From positions 1,888,001 to 1,952,000 of the forward strand of contig CBDCYI010000005.1 in assembly GCA_965224085.1 (NCBI GenBank): a DNA stretch of 64,000 bases, given 5' to 3'. The position numbers and the translations under genes are program-made. Positions 50,342 through 62,395 of this stretch are shown one piece after another. Each line of letters starts with the position of its first letter. Position 1 is the stretch's first letter. The DNA is from Candidatus Marinacidobacterales bacterium (GTDB lineage Bacteria > Acidobacteriota > Vicinamibacteria > Marinacidobacterales > SMYC01). The notes beneath the pieces were generated by a model. That model searched no databases. It had not been told where the DNA came from and worked only from the letters and a program-made list of their open reading frames with translations.

Positions 50342-50415
50342 GTCGAGTAGCTCAGCCATTCGGCTTTCGCCCTCACAGATCCGAGCGTGCGGCTTTCCCG
50401 CACTCGGCTCCTCCT
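50342..50415 (-). ncRNA. Group II intron domains V and VI (3' end)
   Basis: GAGCCGAGTGCGGGAAAGCCGCACGCTCGGATCTGTGAGGG (domain V), then a stem ending CTACTCGAC. Confidence 0.9.
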
Positions 50416-50431
50416 GAAGGTATACCCGAAA

Positions 50432-51447
50432 TCAGACAAGGCAAGGTAGTCGGGACGGAGTGAGGTGAGGGACTGGTAGGGGAAAGCGCTCCAACAACAA
50501 GTGAAAACGAGGCCAGGTCATTCGGCGCTGACTCCGCCGACGAAGGCTTCGAAACCACAACCGTGTCACCTCCTCAGAAAAGGATTGGAGAGAGCGGATG
50601 TTGCTGGGAAGTCCGTAGTACGCGTAGTGACCGCGCAGCACCTGGCAAAGCCAGCGATGCTGGACGGCGACTGGAGCATGCATACGTTGCTTCGCGCGAA
50701 GCCGTAGCGACTTGAGTTTGGCTCGTAGCCGCTGGCTCTGCGTTTTGCGCTTCACGACGAAACGGCCATCGCGGGTTCTCCCACAATAATGAGTGAAACC
50801 CAGGAAAGCGAACGTCGCACACCGCCGAAGGCCCCGTTGCTCGCGTGACAAGGAAGGTAATCTCCCGAACTCGAGCAAACGGGTCTTGTTCTCGTGGAGC
50901 GCAAGCCCGAATCGGGCTAGTCGCTCCTTGAGCGCTCTCATCATCCTGCTGGCATCGGTCCGATGCTGGAAGCCCATGACGAAGTCGTCAGCGTATCGCA
51001 CGATGGAAATACGGCCTTGTGCTTCGAGCCGGCGCCATCGATGAACCCACAGATCTAGAACGTAGTGCAGAAAGACGTTAGCCAAGAGCGGGCTCACACC
51101 TGCCCCTTGCGGTGTCCCTTCAGTTGTCTCGCTCCACTCTCCTTTCTCCAGTACGCCGGCTCGCAACCACTGACGGATGAGTCGAAGGATGCGTTTGTCG
51201 GCGACCCGGTGCGAAAGCATCCGCATCAACCACTCGTGGTCCACCGAGTCGAAGAACTTGCGGATGTCCGCGTCGAGAACCCAGTTCACGCGTTGCGTCA
51301 TGAGCGCGGTGTGGAGCGCGTGCAACGCTTGGTGCGGGCTCCGTCCGGGCCGAAACCCGTACGAGAACCCGATGAAATCGACTTCGTAGACGGCGCTCAA
51401 AACCTCGGCTACCGCTCCTTGGACAATCTTGTCTTCCAGTGCGGGGA
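50432..51447 (-). pseudogene. ltrA: Group II intron reverse transcriptase/maturase, 5'-truncated
   Basis: LGIPALEDKIVQ, SYGFRPGRS, DADIRKFFD, GTPQG, YADD, FLGF, LRGHYAYY; no endonuclease domain. Confidence 0.92.
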
Positions 51448-51614
51448 TGCCAAGAAACGAAGATGACTCCGCAGACGGTCCAGTACAAGGAGCTATCCGA
51501 GTCTGGAAACCATGACAGGAAATTTGGGCCAGTTTGAGTCTGATTGGTGGAGGCCAGTGTCGGAGAGCAGCTTGCTGCTAACCGAGCCTATTCACGAAGT
51601 GGGCGCTGGCAGGC

Positions 51615-53276
51615 TCACAGCGTTTTGACGAGCACTCGCTGTTTCTCCCAATCGTCGGGAAGCGGATGATGCAAGAGGTAGCTCGAGGTCAGCCCAACGG
51701 GCTGGCGGCCTTCGACAATGGCGCGGACGATGTCGGGAGCCAGGAAGGCATAACGGATTGCCTTGCGCACGCGGTCCGTTGGGATGGCGTTTTCGGTGGC
51801 AATCTGCTCATAGGTTTTGCCTGCTTTGATTCGGTCGAGCCAGGAGAGGGCGTTTCTGATATTGCGCAGGAGTGTGCGGTCGACGGATTTCGTGGGGTTG
51901 CCCAGAACAAGCTTGGTCTCGACGCCGCGTCGACGCAAGCGGAACGGTGCGAGGATGCGGAGTGCATCCTCGCGAATGCGTTCGGGTCCCATAAAGAGGC
52001 AAGCAGCGAACGCATTGCGGTCGAGCAGGATGGACACAGAGCCGGGGCTGATGTCGACCCGCCGGATAAGACGGAGCAGGGGGGCTGCCGAGGCACTATC
52101 ATCATTACTACCGGAACACAGCCCGTCTAAAAAGCGACGCACCGAGGCGAGCTCTTGCATCGTCGGAGTGTGGATCAACGAGGCCGAGAAGGTCGTGGCA
52201 TCCACATGCTGTCGGATGAGATGCACGACGGTCTGTTCCAGCATCGGGGCGGGCAGTCGCCAGCCGGAGAGGTCCTTTTGGCCACTGTGCTGGATGAGGC
52301 GCCGGGAGACGTAGTAGCGGAGCCGTTGCCCGTTTTTCTTTTTGGTGTGGCTCGGCGTCAGCCGGTCGCCGGTCTCGTCGAAGAGCTTGCCTGCCAGTGG
52401 GGAACGGGCTGCACGGCCCTTCGTCGTGCGTCTCCTTGGTTTGGCAGCCCCTGCCTGCAGCTGCGTTTGGACCGCGTCCCAGAGCTCCGGAGCAATGATC
52501 GATGGATGCTGGCCCTCGTAGACACGCCTCTGGTGCCGGATGCGGCCGGCGTAAAGAGGATTGGTCAGCAGGCAGTGGAGGTGTCCGCGACGGAACGGCA
52601 GCCCGCCCGTTCGGGTTCCATCCGCGGTGAAGCGTTGCTTGGTACGCAGTCCCAGACGGTCCGCCTCGGCCTTCACCTGCCGGAGCGTTCCGTGCTTCCG
52701 GTACAGCGCATAGAGCATCCGGACCGTTTCGGCCTCAGCCTCGTTGATGCGCAGCGTGCGCTCGTCCTTCTCATAGCCGAGCGGTACGCGGCCGCCCATC
52801 CATAGTCCCTTGCGCTTGGAGGCAGCGACCTTATCGCGGATCCGCTCGGCCGTGACCTCGCGTTCGAATTGTGCGAAGGACAGCAGCATATGCAGCGTCA
52901 GTCGTCCCATGCTGGTCGCGGTGTTGAAGGACTGAGTCACCGAGACGAAAACCGCGCCGGCCGCCTCGAGCCGTTCGACGAGCTTCGCAAAGTCGGAGAG
53001 GGAACGGGTCAGCCGGTCGACCTTGTAGACCACAATCTGCTCTACGAGACCTGCGTCGATGTCGGCGAGCAAGCGCTGCAGGCCCGGGCGCTCCAGGGTT
53101 CCTCCCGAGAGCCCCGCGTCCTCGTAGACGGTTGGCAGCAGCACCCAGCCCTCCGCTTTCTGGCTCGCGACATATGCGGCGCAGGCTTCTCGCTGTGCAT
53201 CGAGGGAGTTGAACTCCTGTTCGAGACCCTCTTCCGCGCTCTTTCGTGTATAGATGGCACAACGGATTTTCTTCAT
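51615..53276 (-). CDS. Large serine recombinase
   Basis: CAIYTRKS, FNSLDAQRE, RPGLQRLL, VYKVDRLTRS, SFAQFERE, GLWMGG, NPLYAG, RLRYYVS. Confidence 0.93.
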   Translation of the reverse strand: MKKIRCAIYTRKSAEEGLEQEFNSLDAQREACAAYVASQKAEGWVLLPTVYEDAGLSGGTLERPGLQRLLADIDAGLVEQIVVYKVDRLTRSLSDFAKLVERLEAAGAVFVSVTQSFNTATSMGRLTLHMLLSFAQFEREVTAERIRDKVAASKRKGLWMGGRVPLGYEKDERTLRINEAEAETVRMLYALYRKHGTLRQVKAEADRLGLRTKQRFTADGTRTGGLPFRRGHLHCLLTNPLYAGRIRHQRRVYEGQHPSIIAPELWDAVQTQLQAGAAKPRRRTTKGRAARSPLAGKLFDETGDRLTPSHTKKKNGQRLRYYVSRRLIQHSGQKDLSGWRLPAPMLEQTVVHLIRQHVDATTFSASLIHTPTMQELASVRRFLDGLCSGSNDDSASAAPLLRLIRRVDISPGSVSILLDRNAFAACLFMGPERIREDALRILAPFRLRRRGVETKLVLGNPTKSVDRTLLRNIRNALSWLDRIKAGKTYEQIATENAIPTDRVRKAIRYAFLAPDIVRAIVEGRQPVGLTSSYLLHHPLPDDWEKQRVLVKTL

Positions 53277-53277
53277 G

Positions 53278-53650
53278 TTAGGCCTTGCGCTTGGGCGTCA
53301 GACCGAAAAAGCGTGGTCCTGACCAGTGGGTGCCGGTGATTCGCTTTGTGATGGCGGTGAGGGACGGATAGGTTTTGCCGTCGAACCGATAGCCGCTGTC
53401 GATTACCTCGACCTGGTAGGTTCGGCCATTCCACTCGCGGACGAGATGCGTGCCGGCAGAAACGGAACCTGCGGGAGAAGAGTGTTCTGGTGTGCCGTTC
53501 ACCATGGCAGCCAGAGCGCGCCGGGTTGTAGCCGAAAGCCCCCATGGGTCCGGCACTGGCGTTCGTACGTCAGAACGCGGCGCATGAAGATACGTGAGAG
53601 CGAGCGCAAGGGAGCAGCCCCGAACGTTTGCTCCCTGACCCGCCGCAGGC
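53278..53650 (-). pseudogene. DUF2924-domain protein (usual partner of this recombinase), frameshifted
   Basis: GTHLVREWNG..YQVEV..GYRFDGKTYPSLTAI..ITGTHWSGPRFFGL; the N-terminal YERQ part is in another frame. Confidence 0.8.
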
Positions 53651-53745
53651 TGGCGACGTCCAAACCTTCCAGAACGCCGTTTCGGCCAGCCCCTGTATCC
53701 CTTCGCATCACCGAACGTTCGCTCTTCTGCTCGATAAAGTCCAAT

Positions 53746-55001
53746 CTAATTAGTTCCTGTCCAGAAACACCATAACTTGTTGTGTACGAGAGGCCTATCG
53801 AAGATGTGGGTATTATACGTTTTCAGTCGGCACCTTCCCATCCAAGATCACGCAATCCAAAATCATCGAGGACGAGCCACCAGTCAAACACACCTTGTGA
53901 CCGTAGAGAGTCTCGCGCCGGTCTTCGTAGAGTTCGAGCTTGACCGGTGCGAATAATGTCGGTGTGTTCTTCGAAGATCGAAACGACCTTTTCCTCCGCA
54001 GGCACACGCTCTTCATCAATCACTCTACGCCGAGTTTGGTTGATGACTTTTTCGGTGAGGACGAGAAAGTGCTTAAAATCCGCGGCGATCTTCTCCGCAC
54101 TCGCTCGCTTCACCGGCTCGGTCAAGCCGGACTCGTCCAACTGGTCTGCAACGCGTTGAGCGGAGCGATAGGTTTCTTCCGACACCTTCAGTAGATCTCG
54201 ATAGACGCGACGCCTTTGTTCCTTATCCTTCGCGTTTAGAACTCCCAGTCGACGTCTCTTCGCTCGACGCGTTCGATTGCCGAAGACCACTACTGTACCC
54301 AGCAGTTCGCGAGTTCGGCACATGAGGCGAGTGAGAACTCGGACGCAGTCATAAAGAAGCTCGGAGTCCGTAGGAGAATGAATATTCGACTCCACTACCG
54401 TTCAGTCCACTCGTACTTTTCTTCCTTTTTCGATCGCGGTCTTCTCGGCAACACTCACCAACTCTCGGTTGATTTTCTCCAGCGTTTCGAACTTCACGGC
54501 TTTGATGTTTGCTGCTAGGGTCGACTTCGACGGGCTCGGCTCTATGATGCCGAGCTGGCAAAACGTCCGATAGCTTCGAGAGTCTGCCAAGTGAAACGCC
54601 AACTCCCGATAGGTGAACTGATTCAGCTGCTTGACCAACAACGCCCGGAGAACCTGCTCCGCGCTCATTCCCCCACGACCAACATCGCTCCCTGCCGATG
54701 GGGTGACCGACCTCAGGTCTTGCAGTACCAGCTCATTGAGCTTAGGATGGGCATCGAGCAGCGATGATATCGTTTCGAGTTCGCGTGCGTGCTCCAGCTC
54801 CAGCCAGGGCTCGCGAAGGCTTGGTTGTGGGTTGATCGTTTTTCGCATTTAGGGCTGGTCTCCTTTGGAGTTAAGTCGTTTAGAATCTGCGTTTTTGTCG
54901 ACTCGATACTAAAACGACACTCCCTCAGAAGGCTAGCCCTAAATTTGCGATTACCCCTTTTTTCTCAACCTCTTACACCTGTCAGGACGGGTACTAATTA
55001 G
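53746..55001 (-). mobile_element. ISNCY/IS5-like element, frameshifted and internally deleted
   Basis: Inverted ends CTAATTAGTTCCTGTCC / GGACGGGTACTAATTAG; GMSAEQVLR, YRELAFHLADS, RVD..VESNIH.PTDS, KVVSIFEEHTDII. Confidence 0.85.
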
Positions 55002-55164
55002 GGACTTCCGGGTGCGAAGCTCACTGCCCGCAACTCGCCCCACAGCCGATTTGAGCCAGCCGTGCGCACCCACGGTGGGCCTGTCGATCGCCACCCGCAG
55101 CCCAGTGGTCGGAAGCCAGCCCTGCAGCGCGAAATACCCTCGATTCCGCGCGGATTCCAAGGGC

Positions 55165-55222
55165 GTCTAAGCTGCTGATTTGTGGTCTATTTCAAAAGGG
55201 CTGAGTTTTGGCACAGGTCGGG
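55165..55222 (+). repeat. Type-A rve-element end
   Basis: CTAAGCTGCTGATTTGTGGTCTATTTCAAAAGGGCTGAGTTTTGGCACAGGTCGGG. Confidence 0.85.
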
Positions 55223-55399
55223 ATCTGGTCGGTATCCGCGGCCGCCAGCGAAAAAGCGGCGACCAGCGCGAAGACTAGCACGGTAGTTGAGCTTTTCATT
55301 CTAACCTCCCTGTCTGGCGGCGCCAGGTTACCGGTGCCCCTCAGATGCGTCAAGCGGAGCCTACTTCGCGACCCCGGAAGACCGGGCAGCCGTCGAGCA

Positions 55400-56857
55400 T
55401 CACCTGTTCGGACTACGTGATCTCAGGATCTGCTGGGCGCACATGTAGCCCGTGGTCCCCGCTACCGAGCCTCCAGGGTAGCCCGCGGCGCCACAGTAGT
55501 AGATGTCGTCGTTCGCGCCGAATCGGTAGAAGCTCGCGTCCGGATCGGTCGAGAAATGCCGGTGACAGAAGTTCTGCCCTTCAGTCATCATCGTGTGATC
55601 GATGTTTCCTTCTGGGAACAGGAACCGCTCTTTGAGATCGAGCGGGGACAACATGCGTGACCATGCGAGATCGCCGGGGTTGTCGATATTTGCGAGCACG
55701 GTTTCTCGGATGAAGTGAGCGACGTCGGGCAACTCGTCTCCGCGCTTGGCGAAGCGCACGTTCTTGAAAAACGCGATCACGCGCTCGTAGGGCTCGTCGA
55801 CTCCCATGTGGCGCATGCCAGCGCCATCGCAATAGAGCTGGATGTAGCCGGGCTCGAAATCGGACTCGGTCACGACGCGTTGCGCGCCGTTCTCCATAGA
55901 GTCGAGCGAATCGTTCGAAAAGATGAAGCGGAATGCGGTGTCCGTTTCCGGCGAATCTTTCCAGCGCACCGGCTCGCGGAACAACAGCGTGAGCTTGCCG
56001 GATGTTCCCAGGTAGTGCCGCTCGGGCGCCGGCTGTCCGCAGAGCTTCGCCGCGGTCACGGGGTCGGTGGCGAGGACGACGATGTCCGCGTCCAAGTCAT
56101 CGACGCTCGCGATCGGTGACGACGTCTTCATGCTCACGCCGAGCGCGACGTTGAGCCGCGCGAGCTCCTCGGTGATCTTCCAGATGCCACCCTTGACGAA
56201 TCCGTAGTAGCCACCGAACACCGAGCCCGAATCGAGGAGCGGCACGTTGAAAGCCGACAACCGCGCGTCGAGCGATACTGGACCGCTCTCGATGACGGTC
56301 ATCGCCATATACAACTTGGTGAGATCCGAAGTGAAGGAGTGATCGAGGAGCGCGCGCGCGGAGCCTTCGATGAAGCGCTCGGTCAGCTCTTCTCCGAGGT
56401 CTCGACGCGCGTCTTCAAGGCTCGGTGCGCGGGCCGCGCGATAACCGTCTCGTAGAAACGCGACTACGCGTGCTTCGTCCGAGCGGAAGTCGGCGACGTT
56501 CCCTTGCTCACCGCACTTGTCGCGAAGCTCTTGCTCTAGTGCTTGGGGGTCGCGGTGGATGTACACGGGCTCGGGAACGCCCGGGAAGTGAACAAGCTTC
56601 GGGTGCGGGGGCGCCCACGTCTTGAGCCGACTCGAAAGGCCGGTCTCTTCGAGCACGAAGTCCTGCATGAACCCGAGCACGGTGGCTCCGAGCGGAAACT
56701 CGTAGTCGACACCGTCGACGGTGACCGCTTCGGAAACGCACGCGCCGCCGACGTGCGGGCGTCGTTCGTGGAGGGTGACGCCGGCTCCGCCGCGCGCGAG
56801 ATAGTTCGCGGCCACGAGACCGTTGATGCCGCCTCCGACGATGGCGATACGTGTCAT
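55400..56857 (-). CDS. Phytoene-dehydrogenase-like FAD-dependent oxidoreductase
   Basis: IVGGGINGLVAANYLA..ERRPHVGGA; GNIDH; YYCGAAGYPGGSVAGTTGY. Confidence 0.88.
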   Translation of the reverse strand: MTRIAIVGGGINGLVAANYLARGGAGVTLHERRPHVGGACVSEAVTVDGVDYEFPLGATVLGFMQDFVLEETGLSSRLKTWAPPHPKLVHFPGVPEPVYIHRDPQALEQELRDKCGEQGNVADFRSDEARVVAFLRDGYRAARAPSLEDARRDLGEELTERFIEGSARALLDHSFTSDLTKLYMAMTVIESGPVSLDARLSAFNVPLLDSGSVFGGYYGFVKGGIWKITEELARLNVALGVSMKTSSPIASVDDLDADIVVLATDPVTAAKLCGQPAPERHYLGTSGKLTLLFREPVRWKDSPETDTAFRFIFSNDSLDSMENGAQRVVTESDFEPGYIQLYCDGAGMRHMGVDEPYERVIAFFKNVRFAKRGDELPDVAHFIRETVLANIDNPGDLAWSRMLSPLDLKERFLFPEGNIDHTMMTEGQNFCHRHFSTDPDASFYRFGANDDIYYCGAAGYPGGSVAGTTGYMCAQQILRSRSPNR

Positions 56858-56878
56858 GGCTCATTCTATTATCTCGCG

Positions 56879-57042
56879 GGTGCTTGCGCTGTTTGCTGTT
56901 GGTGATGTGTACGTATCCCTTTGCAAAAAAGAGCTTCCGCTCCATTTAGCGTGCGGCGAAGGTCGAGAGTGCTATTTTGGCTGTACTTTAATGCAACGTG
57001 AAGCTTAGCGTCATCTCACCAACACTTAATGGCGGAAGCACC
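56879..57042. mobile_element. IS1-derived MITE, empty 164-bp copy
   Basis: Same body with no insertion; both TTAA sites are single. Confidence 0.9.
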
Positions 57043-57446
57043 AGTCGTAGATCGCGAGCGCGCCGCAGCGGGGAGGATGGTCTGTGTTCTCAACGACCCG
57101 GGATCGACGGAGGCGGCTCCGAAGCCCTGTACGCTTGCCGAAGCATCAGTGCAGCGAAAGCGTGTGTTGCGGGAAGAGTCGGTAGGAAATGTCTGTGTAC
57201 AAGGCCTCATCCCGCGCCTCTGGCGCGAGGCCAGCATCCTCTCGCGCCTTTGGCGCGAGTCAGTCAGATCGTCTCGCGCCGGCAAGAAGAGGGTGAACCT
57301 GCTGTGCGACAATAGTGAGCCCCAGCCGCTACAAACGACCGGGGTTCTGATGTTTGGATGGCCCCCGGAGGAGGCGCTCCACTACAAGTTGAAGCTAGCC
57401 TCTCACATCCGGGCGGCCATCGTCCAGCACTTTGCTGAGTTCCGAA

Positions 57447-57860
57447 TGGCCACCAAACCTGTCGTTCTTCTCCGGCTTTTCTGCCGCAACAAAAGCTGTG
57501 GGATGCCTTTCTTCATCTGCAAGTCATGTTACCAGGGACAGTGCTACTGCGGTCCAACCTGCCGTGACGAAACCCGGCGATAAGAACCAGCGCGAAAATA
57601 ACCGAAATTACCAGAAAGGTTTCAACTCACGAAAACTCCACGCGGCTCGGCAACAGAATTATCGTCTACGCCAGGCGGCGAAAATAGTGACGGAGCAAGG
57701 GTTCATTCACCCCAGTAATTCTGGCAGTCTAGGAGTTCGTGAAATTCAAGCTAGTGGCCCGATGGCTCATTCAATGAAAACGAAGATTGACAGTATCAGA
57801 TATGCCAAATGCTGTATCTGCGGCCGACGCGGGAGGCTAAAGGATGTCGAAGCTGGGTAA
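57447..57860 (+). pseudogene. Small Cys-rich ORF of the kind found beside IS21-like elements; disrupted near 57581
   Basis: FFICKSCYQGQCYCGPTCR, then HAARQQNYR..CCICG in another frame. Confidence 0.5.
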
Positions 57861-58260
57861 TGAACCGCTCACGAGCGATGCTCTGACAGAAAACAATTAC
57901 GTCCGGACGATTTTGGACCTCTATCTTTCCATTCCGAACACACCTGAGCGGCCACGGCGCGACGACCGCTTCATCGCGACGCAGCTCTACCGCCAAGGAG
58001 TCCCGTTACACGAATTCGAGTGTGCCCTACTTCTGGGTTGCGCTCGTAGGGAGCTACAAGAACATGAGGAGCCACTGCAGCCCATTCGCTCCCTTCGTTA
58101 TTTTTCACCTGTGCTCCAGGAAGTGCAAAGTCAATATCTAGACCCGCCTTATGTTCTTTACATTCGAGAAAAACTCTCGGACGTGCTTCGCCCGAAACTA
58201 CCGAGAAAAAACCGAGCACGAACTCGTGGCATCGCGCGACAACTCCGATTGCCATGGTAG
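57844..58260 (+). CDS. Hypothetical mobile-element-associated protein
   Basis: YVRTILDLY..P.TP..DR..A.QLY..ALLLG.ARR..PIRSLRYF; clean 138-aa ORF. Confidence 0.6.
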   Translation: MSKLGNEPLTSDALTENNYVRTILDLYLSIPNTPERPRRDDRFIATQLYRQGVPLHEFECALLLGCARRELQEHEEPLQPIRSLRYFSPVLQEVQSQYLDPPYVLYIREKLSDVLRPKLPRKNRARTRGIARQLRLPW

Positions 58261-58520
58261 AGCAAATATCACGATGAGCTTGGACTATTTTCGATTTCGT
58301 CAGCAGCTTGCCGGCAACGCCATACGTCGCCCTGCGCTCCTAGCGCCAGGAATGGACATGCGTGCCGGCAATTCTTTTGTGATGGACATCCAGTGGGGAG
58401 TTGCGCTTCGAGCGCCAGTACAGGGGCCGATGAAACATCACATGCGCTGGCGGAAATGAGTTCTTCCATGAATCAACTCAAATACGACTTCTTCGTCGGT
58501 ATCGACCTTCATGCGCGCTC
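58259..58520 (+). mobile_element. IS110-family left non-coding region and first ~18 codons
   Basis: MNQLKYDFFVGIDLHARS from ATG 58468 (RuvC first Asp motif). Confidence 0.5.
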
Positions 58521-58757
58521 ATTCGGAGCTCGGCAACCGCGCCGAAGCGCTACGCGCTCTATCATCATTGCCGCGAGCTTCTCAGAGGCGAGCTGGGCGT
58601 CGGCCCGTCGCCGCAGACCGAAGCGGTCTATCTGAAGATCCTGAAAGCCGGATGATCACTCGCGGTTTGTGGTAGAAATCTAGCTTATGGCGGGAGCTTG
58701 GGAGTTGTCGGAGAAACCCTCGGTCGTCATCACCGGCGCGTCGAGCGAGGTTGACTT

Positions 58758-59000
58758 TTGAAACGACGCGATGTCTTGCGCTCGCTCATCGGTGTCGCCG
58801 GCGTTGGCGCCGCGCTTCCGGGCGAAGCACAGGCGTTGTCGCCCGCTGCAGTGGAAGAGCTCATGCGCGCGCATGGGCTCGAGCCGCAGCCGGGCGAGGG
58901 TGCTACGGTCCTGGCTTTCCTCCTGTCGGTACGCCCGCGAACACTACCGGCTCCACGCATCGAGCCGGCTATCCGGATGGATCCGGAGGTCGACGCGTGA
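58758..59000 (+). CDS. Small protein with Tat signal peptide
   Basis: KRRDVL + hydrophobic stretch + AQA; GAGG RBS; its stop overlaps the amidase GTG start. Confidence 0.6.
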   Translation: MKRRDVLRSLIGVAGVGAALPGEAQALSPAAVEELMRAHGLEPQPGEGATVLAFLLSVRPRTLPAPRIEPAIRMDPEVDA

Positions 59001-60392
59001 GGGTCGCGCCCGAGCTTCTCGTCGCTCCTCTCCACGAGCTATCCGCACTCCTCGACAAAGGAGAGATCACTTCCGAGGAGCTCGTCCGAGCCACGATTGA
59101 ACGGACCGAGGCGCTCGAGCCCGAGCTCAACAGTTACATCACGTTTCTTCCCGAGCGTGCGCTCGAAGCGTCACGCCGCTCGGATGAACAACGACGGCGC
59201 GGCGAAAGCAAAAGCCTACTTCACGGCATCCCGATAAGCTTGAAGGACGTGTTCGACACCGCGGAGATCGCGACCACGGCGGGCGCGCGCTTTCTGAAGA
59301 ACCACGAGCCGACAACGGACGCTGAAGTCACCCGACGCCTCGACGAGGCCGGCACGATCCTTATGGGAAAAGCCAACTTGAACAAGTTCGCAGGCGGCGA
59401 GTCAGGCGAGAACCCCGACTTCGGCAACATGCGGAATCCGTGGAATCGCAATTATTCGCCGAGCGGATCGAGCGGCGGCTCAGCGGCGCAAGTCGCCACG
59501 GGCCTCGCGGCGCTCTCTGTCGGTTCGGATAACGGCGGCTCCGTCCGAAACCCCGCCTCGGTATGTAACGTCGTCGGGCTCAAACCGACCCACGGCCGCA
59601 TCAGCACCGAGGGGATGTTTCCTCGGGCTTATTCGATCGATCACGCGGGTCCGATCACGCGCACCGTGAAAGACGCCGCCATCGTGATGCGCGTGCTCGC
59701 CGGGCACCGCGACGGCGACACGACGACGAGCCGGCGCGGTGTCCCCGACTACGAGGCGGAGCTCGACGGGTCGGTGCGCGGCACGAAGCTGGGCATCGAT
59801 CGCGAGCTTGCGCGCGTCGCCGAGCCCGCGGTCACGCGCATCTTCGAGCGCGCCCTCAGAAAGCTCGAAGAGATCGGCTGCGAGAATCGTCGACCTCAGC
59901 CTCCCGACGCCAGAAGAGATGACAGAGGCGATGTATCTCATCTTTTTGTGCGAGTGGGGCGCCGGACACGAGCCGTGGATGCGGGACCGACCCGAAGAAT
60001 ATGGAGGCGGTGCGCGCGGCGCGCTCTTGATTCCGGCTGTCGACTATCTGAAAGCACAGCGCGAGCGGCGTACGTTTCAAGTACGGGCAGCTCAGGCGAT
60101 GAAGGGCGTTGATCTTCTCCTCTCGCCGACTTATCCGATTGCGCAGCGCTCGCATCGCGGGCTCCCCTCGATCGCGGGACGGCGTCTCGACACCATGGAC
60201 GTGCTACGGTTCACGATGCCTTACGATCTGCTCGGGCTCCCGGCGGTGTCGCTACCTGGCGGCTTCGCGAAAGACGATGCGCCGGTGGGCATCCAAATCG
60301 CTGGGAGGGCGTTTCAAGAGGCTCGCGTGCTGCGCACGGCCTATGCTTACGAGCAAGCGACGGATTGGCACTTGCGACATCCTGATATCTAA
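58997..60392 (+). CDS. Amidase-signature enzyme; frameshift near 59885
   Basis: LHGIPISLKD, GKANL, NPW, GSSGGSAA, GSDNGGSVRNPA, GLKPT; the C-terminus (LLGLPAVSLP..PVGIQI..AYAYE) is in ORF 59739-60392. Confidence 0.88.
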
Positions 60393-60435
60393 TACCTAGG
60401 AGGGCCCGCGTGGACCCTAACTTTTGGAGCTGAAC

Positions 60436-61851
<1,416 letters not shown>

Positions 61852-61859
61852 ACTTGGAT

Positions 61860-62250
61860 CCTGCGGGGCGGCTCACTCGTTGGTTAACCGCGAAGCAGCT
61901 TCGCGCAACACCTTGACGGTGGAGCGCGGTGGAACGATCGAGCAGCGAGACAAAGAGCTCGATGTCGAGCCGGGAACACGGCGCTTCGCTCGTCCACACC
62001 ACCTCGATGGCCAGATCAGGGCGATGTTCACCGATAAGGTAGCACCTCCTCGGCTCCTGCCCGTTCTCCTTGGGTGGGCTTTTCGAGACCATTCCGTTGT
62101 CGAGCGCGTGAGCCTCGATGAGGCGCCCAATGTAAGACTTGATGCGCTTGTGGTTCCTTAGGGCGCATCAGCTCGAGCACGCCGTCCCAAAAGGCGATAC
62201 GGCGCAGGGGTCGATTGCCGCGCAGGGCGAGCTGAGCCTCATAGTGACTC
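61860..62250 (-). pseudogene. Degraded Uma2-family endonuclease
   Basis: Scattered GVLELM, RPDLAIEVVWTS and LDIELFVS pieces with stops and deletions. Confidence 0.55.
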
Positions 62251-62395
62251 CTTAAAGCACGCCGGGGCTGGGACGCGCGAAAACGCCTCGACGTCTGGGC
62301 GGAGCTTTTGCGAACGCAGACATAAACATTGCCCGGATCGGGAGGTTCTCTCTCCGTTTTGTCGTCTCCAACGTAGATGGAGGTAGAATGAACGT

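Noticed and set aside
50432-51447. Retron, DGR or CRISPR-linked reverse transcriptase
   Set aside because: It is followed by canonical group II intron domains V/VI and has a maturase X domain.
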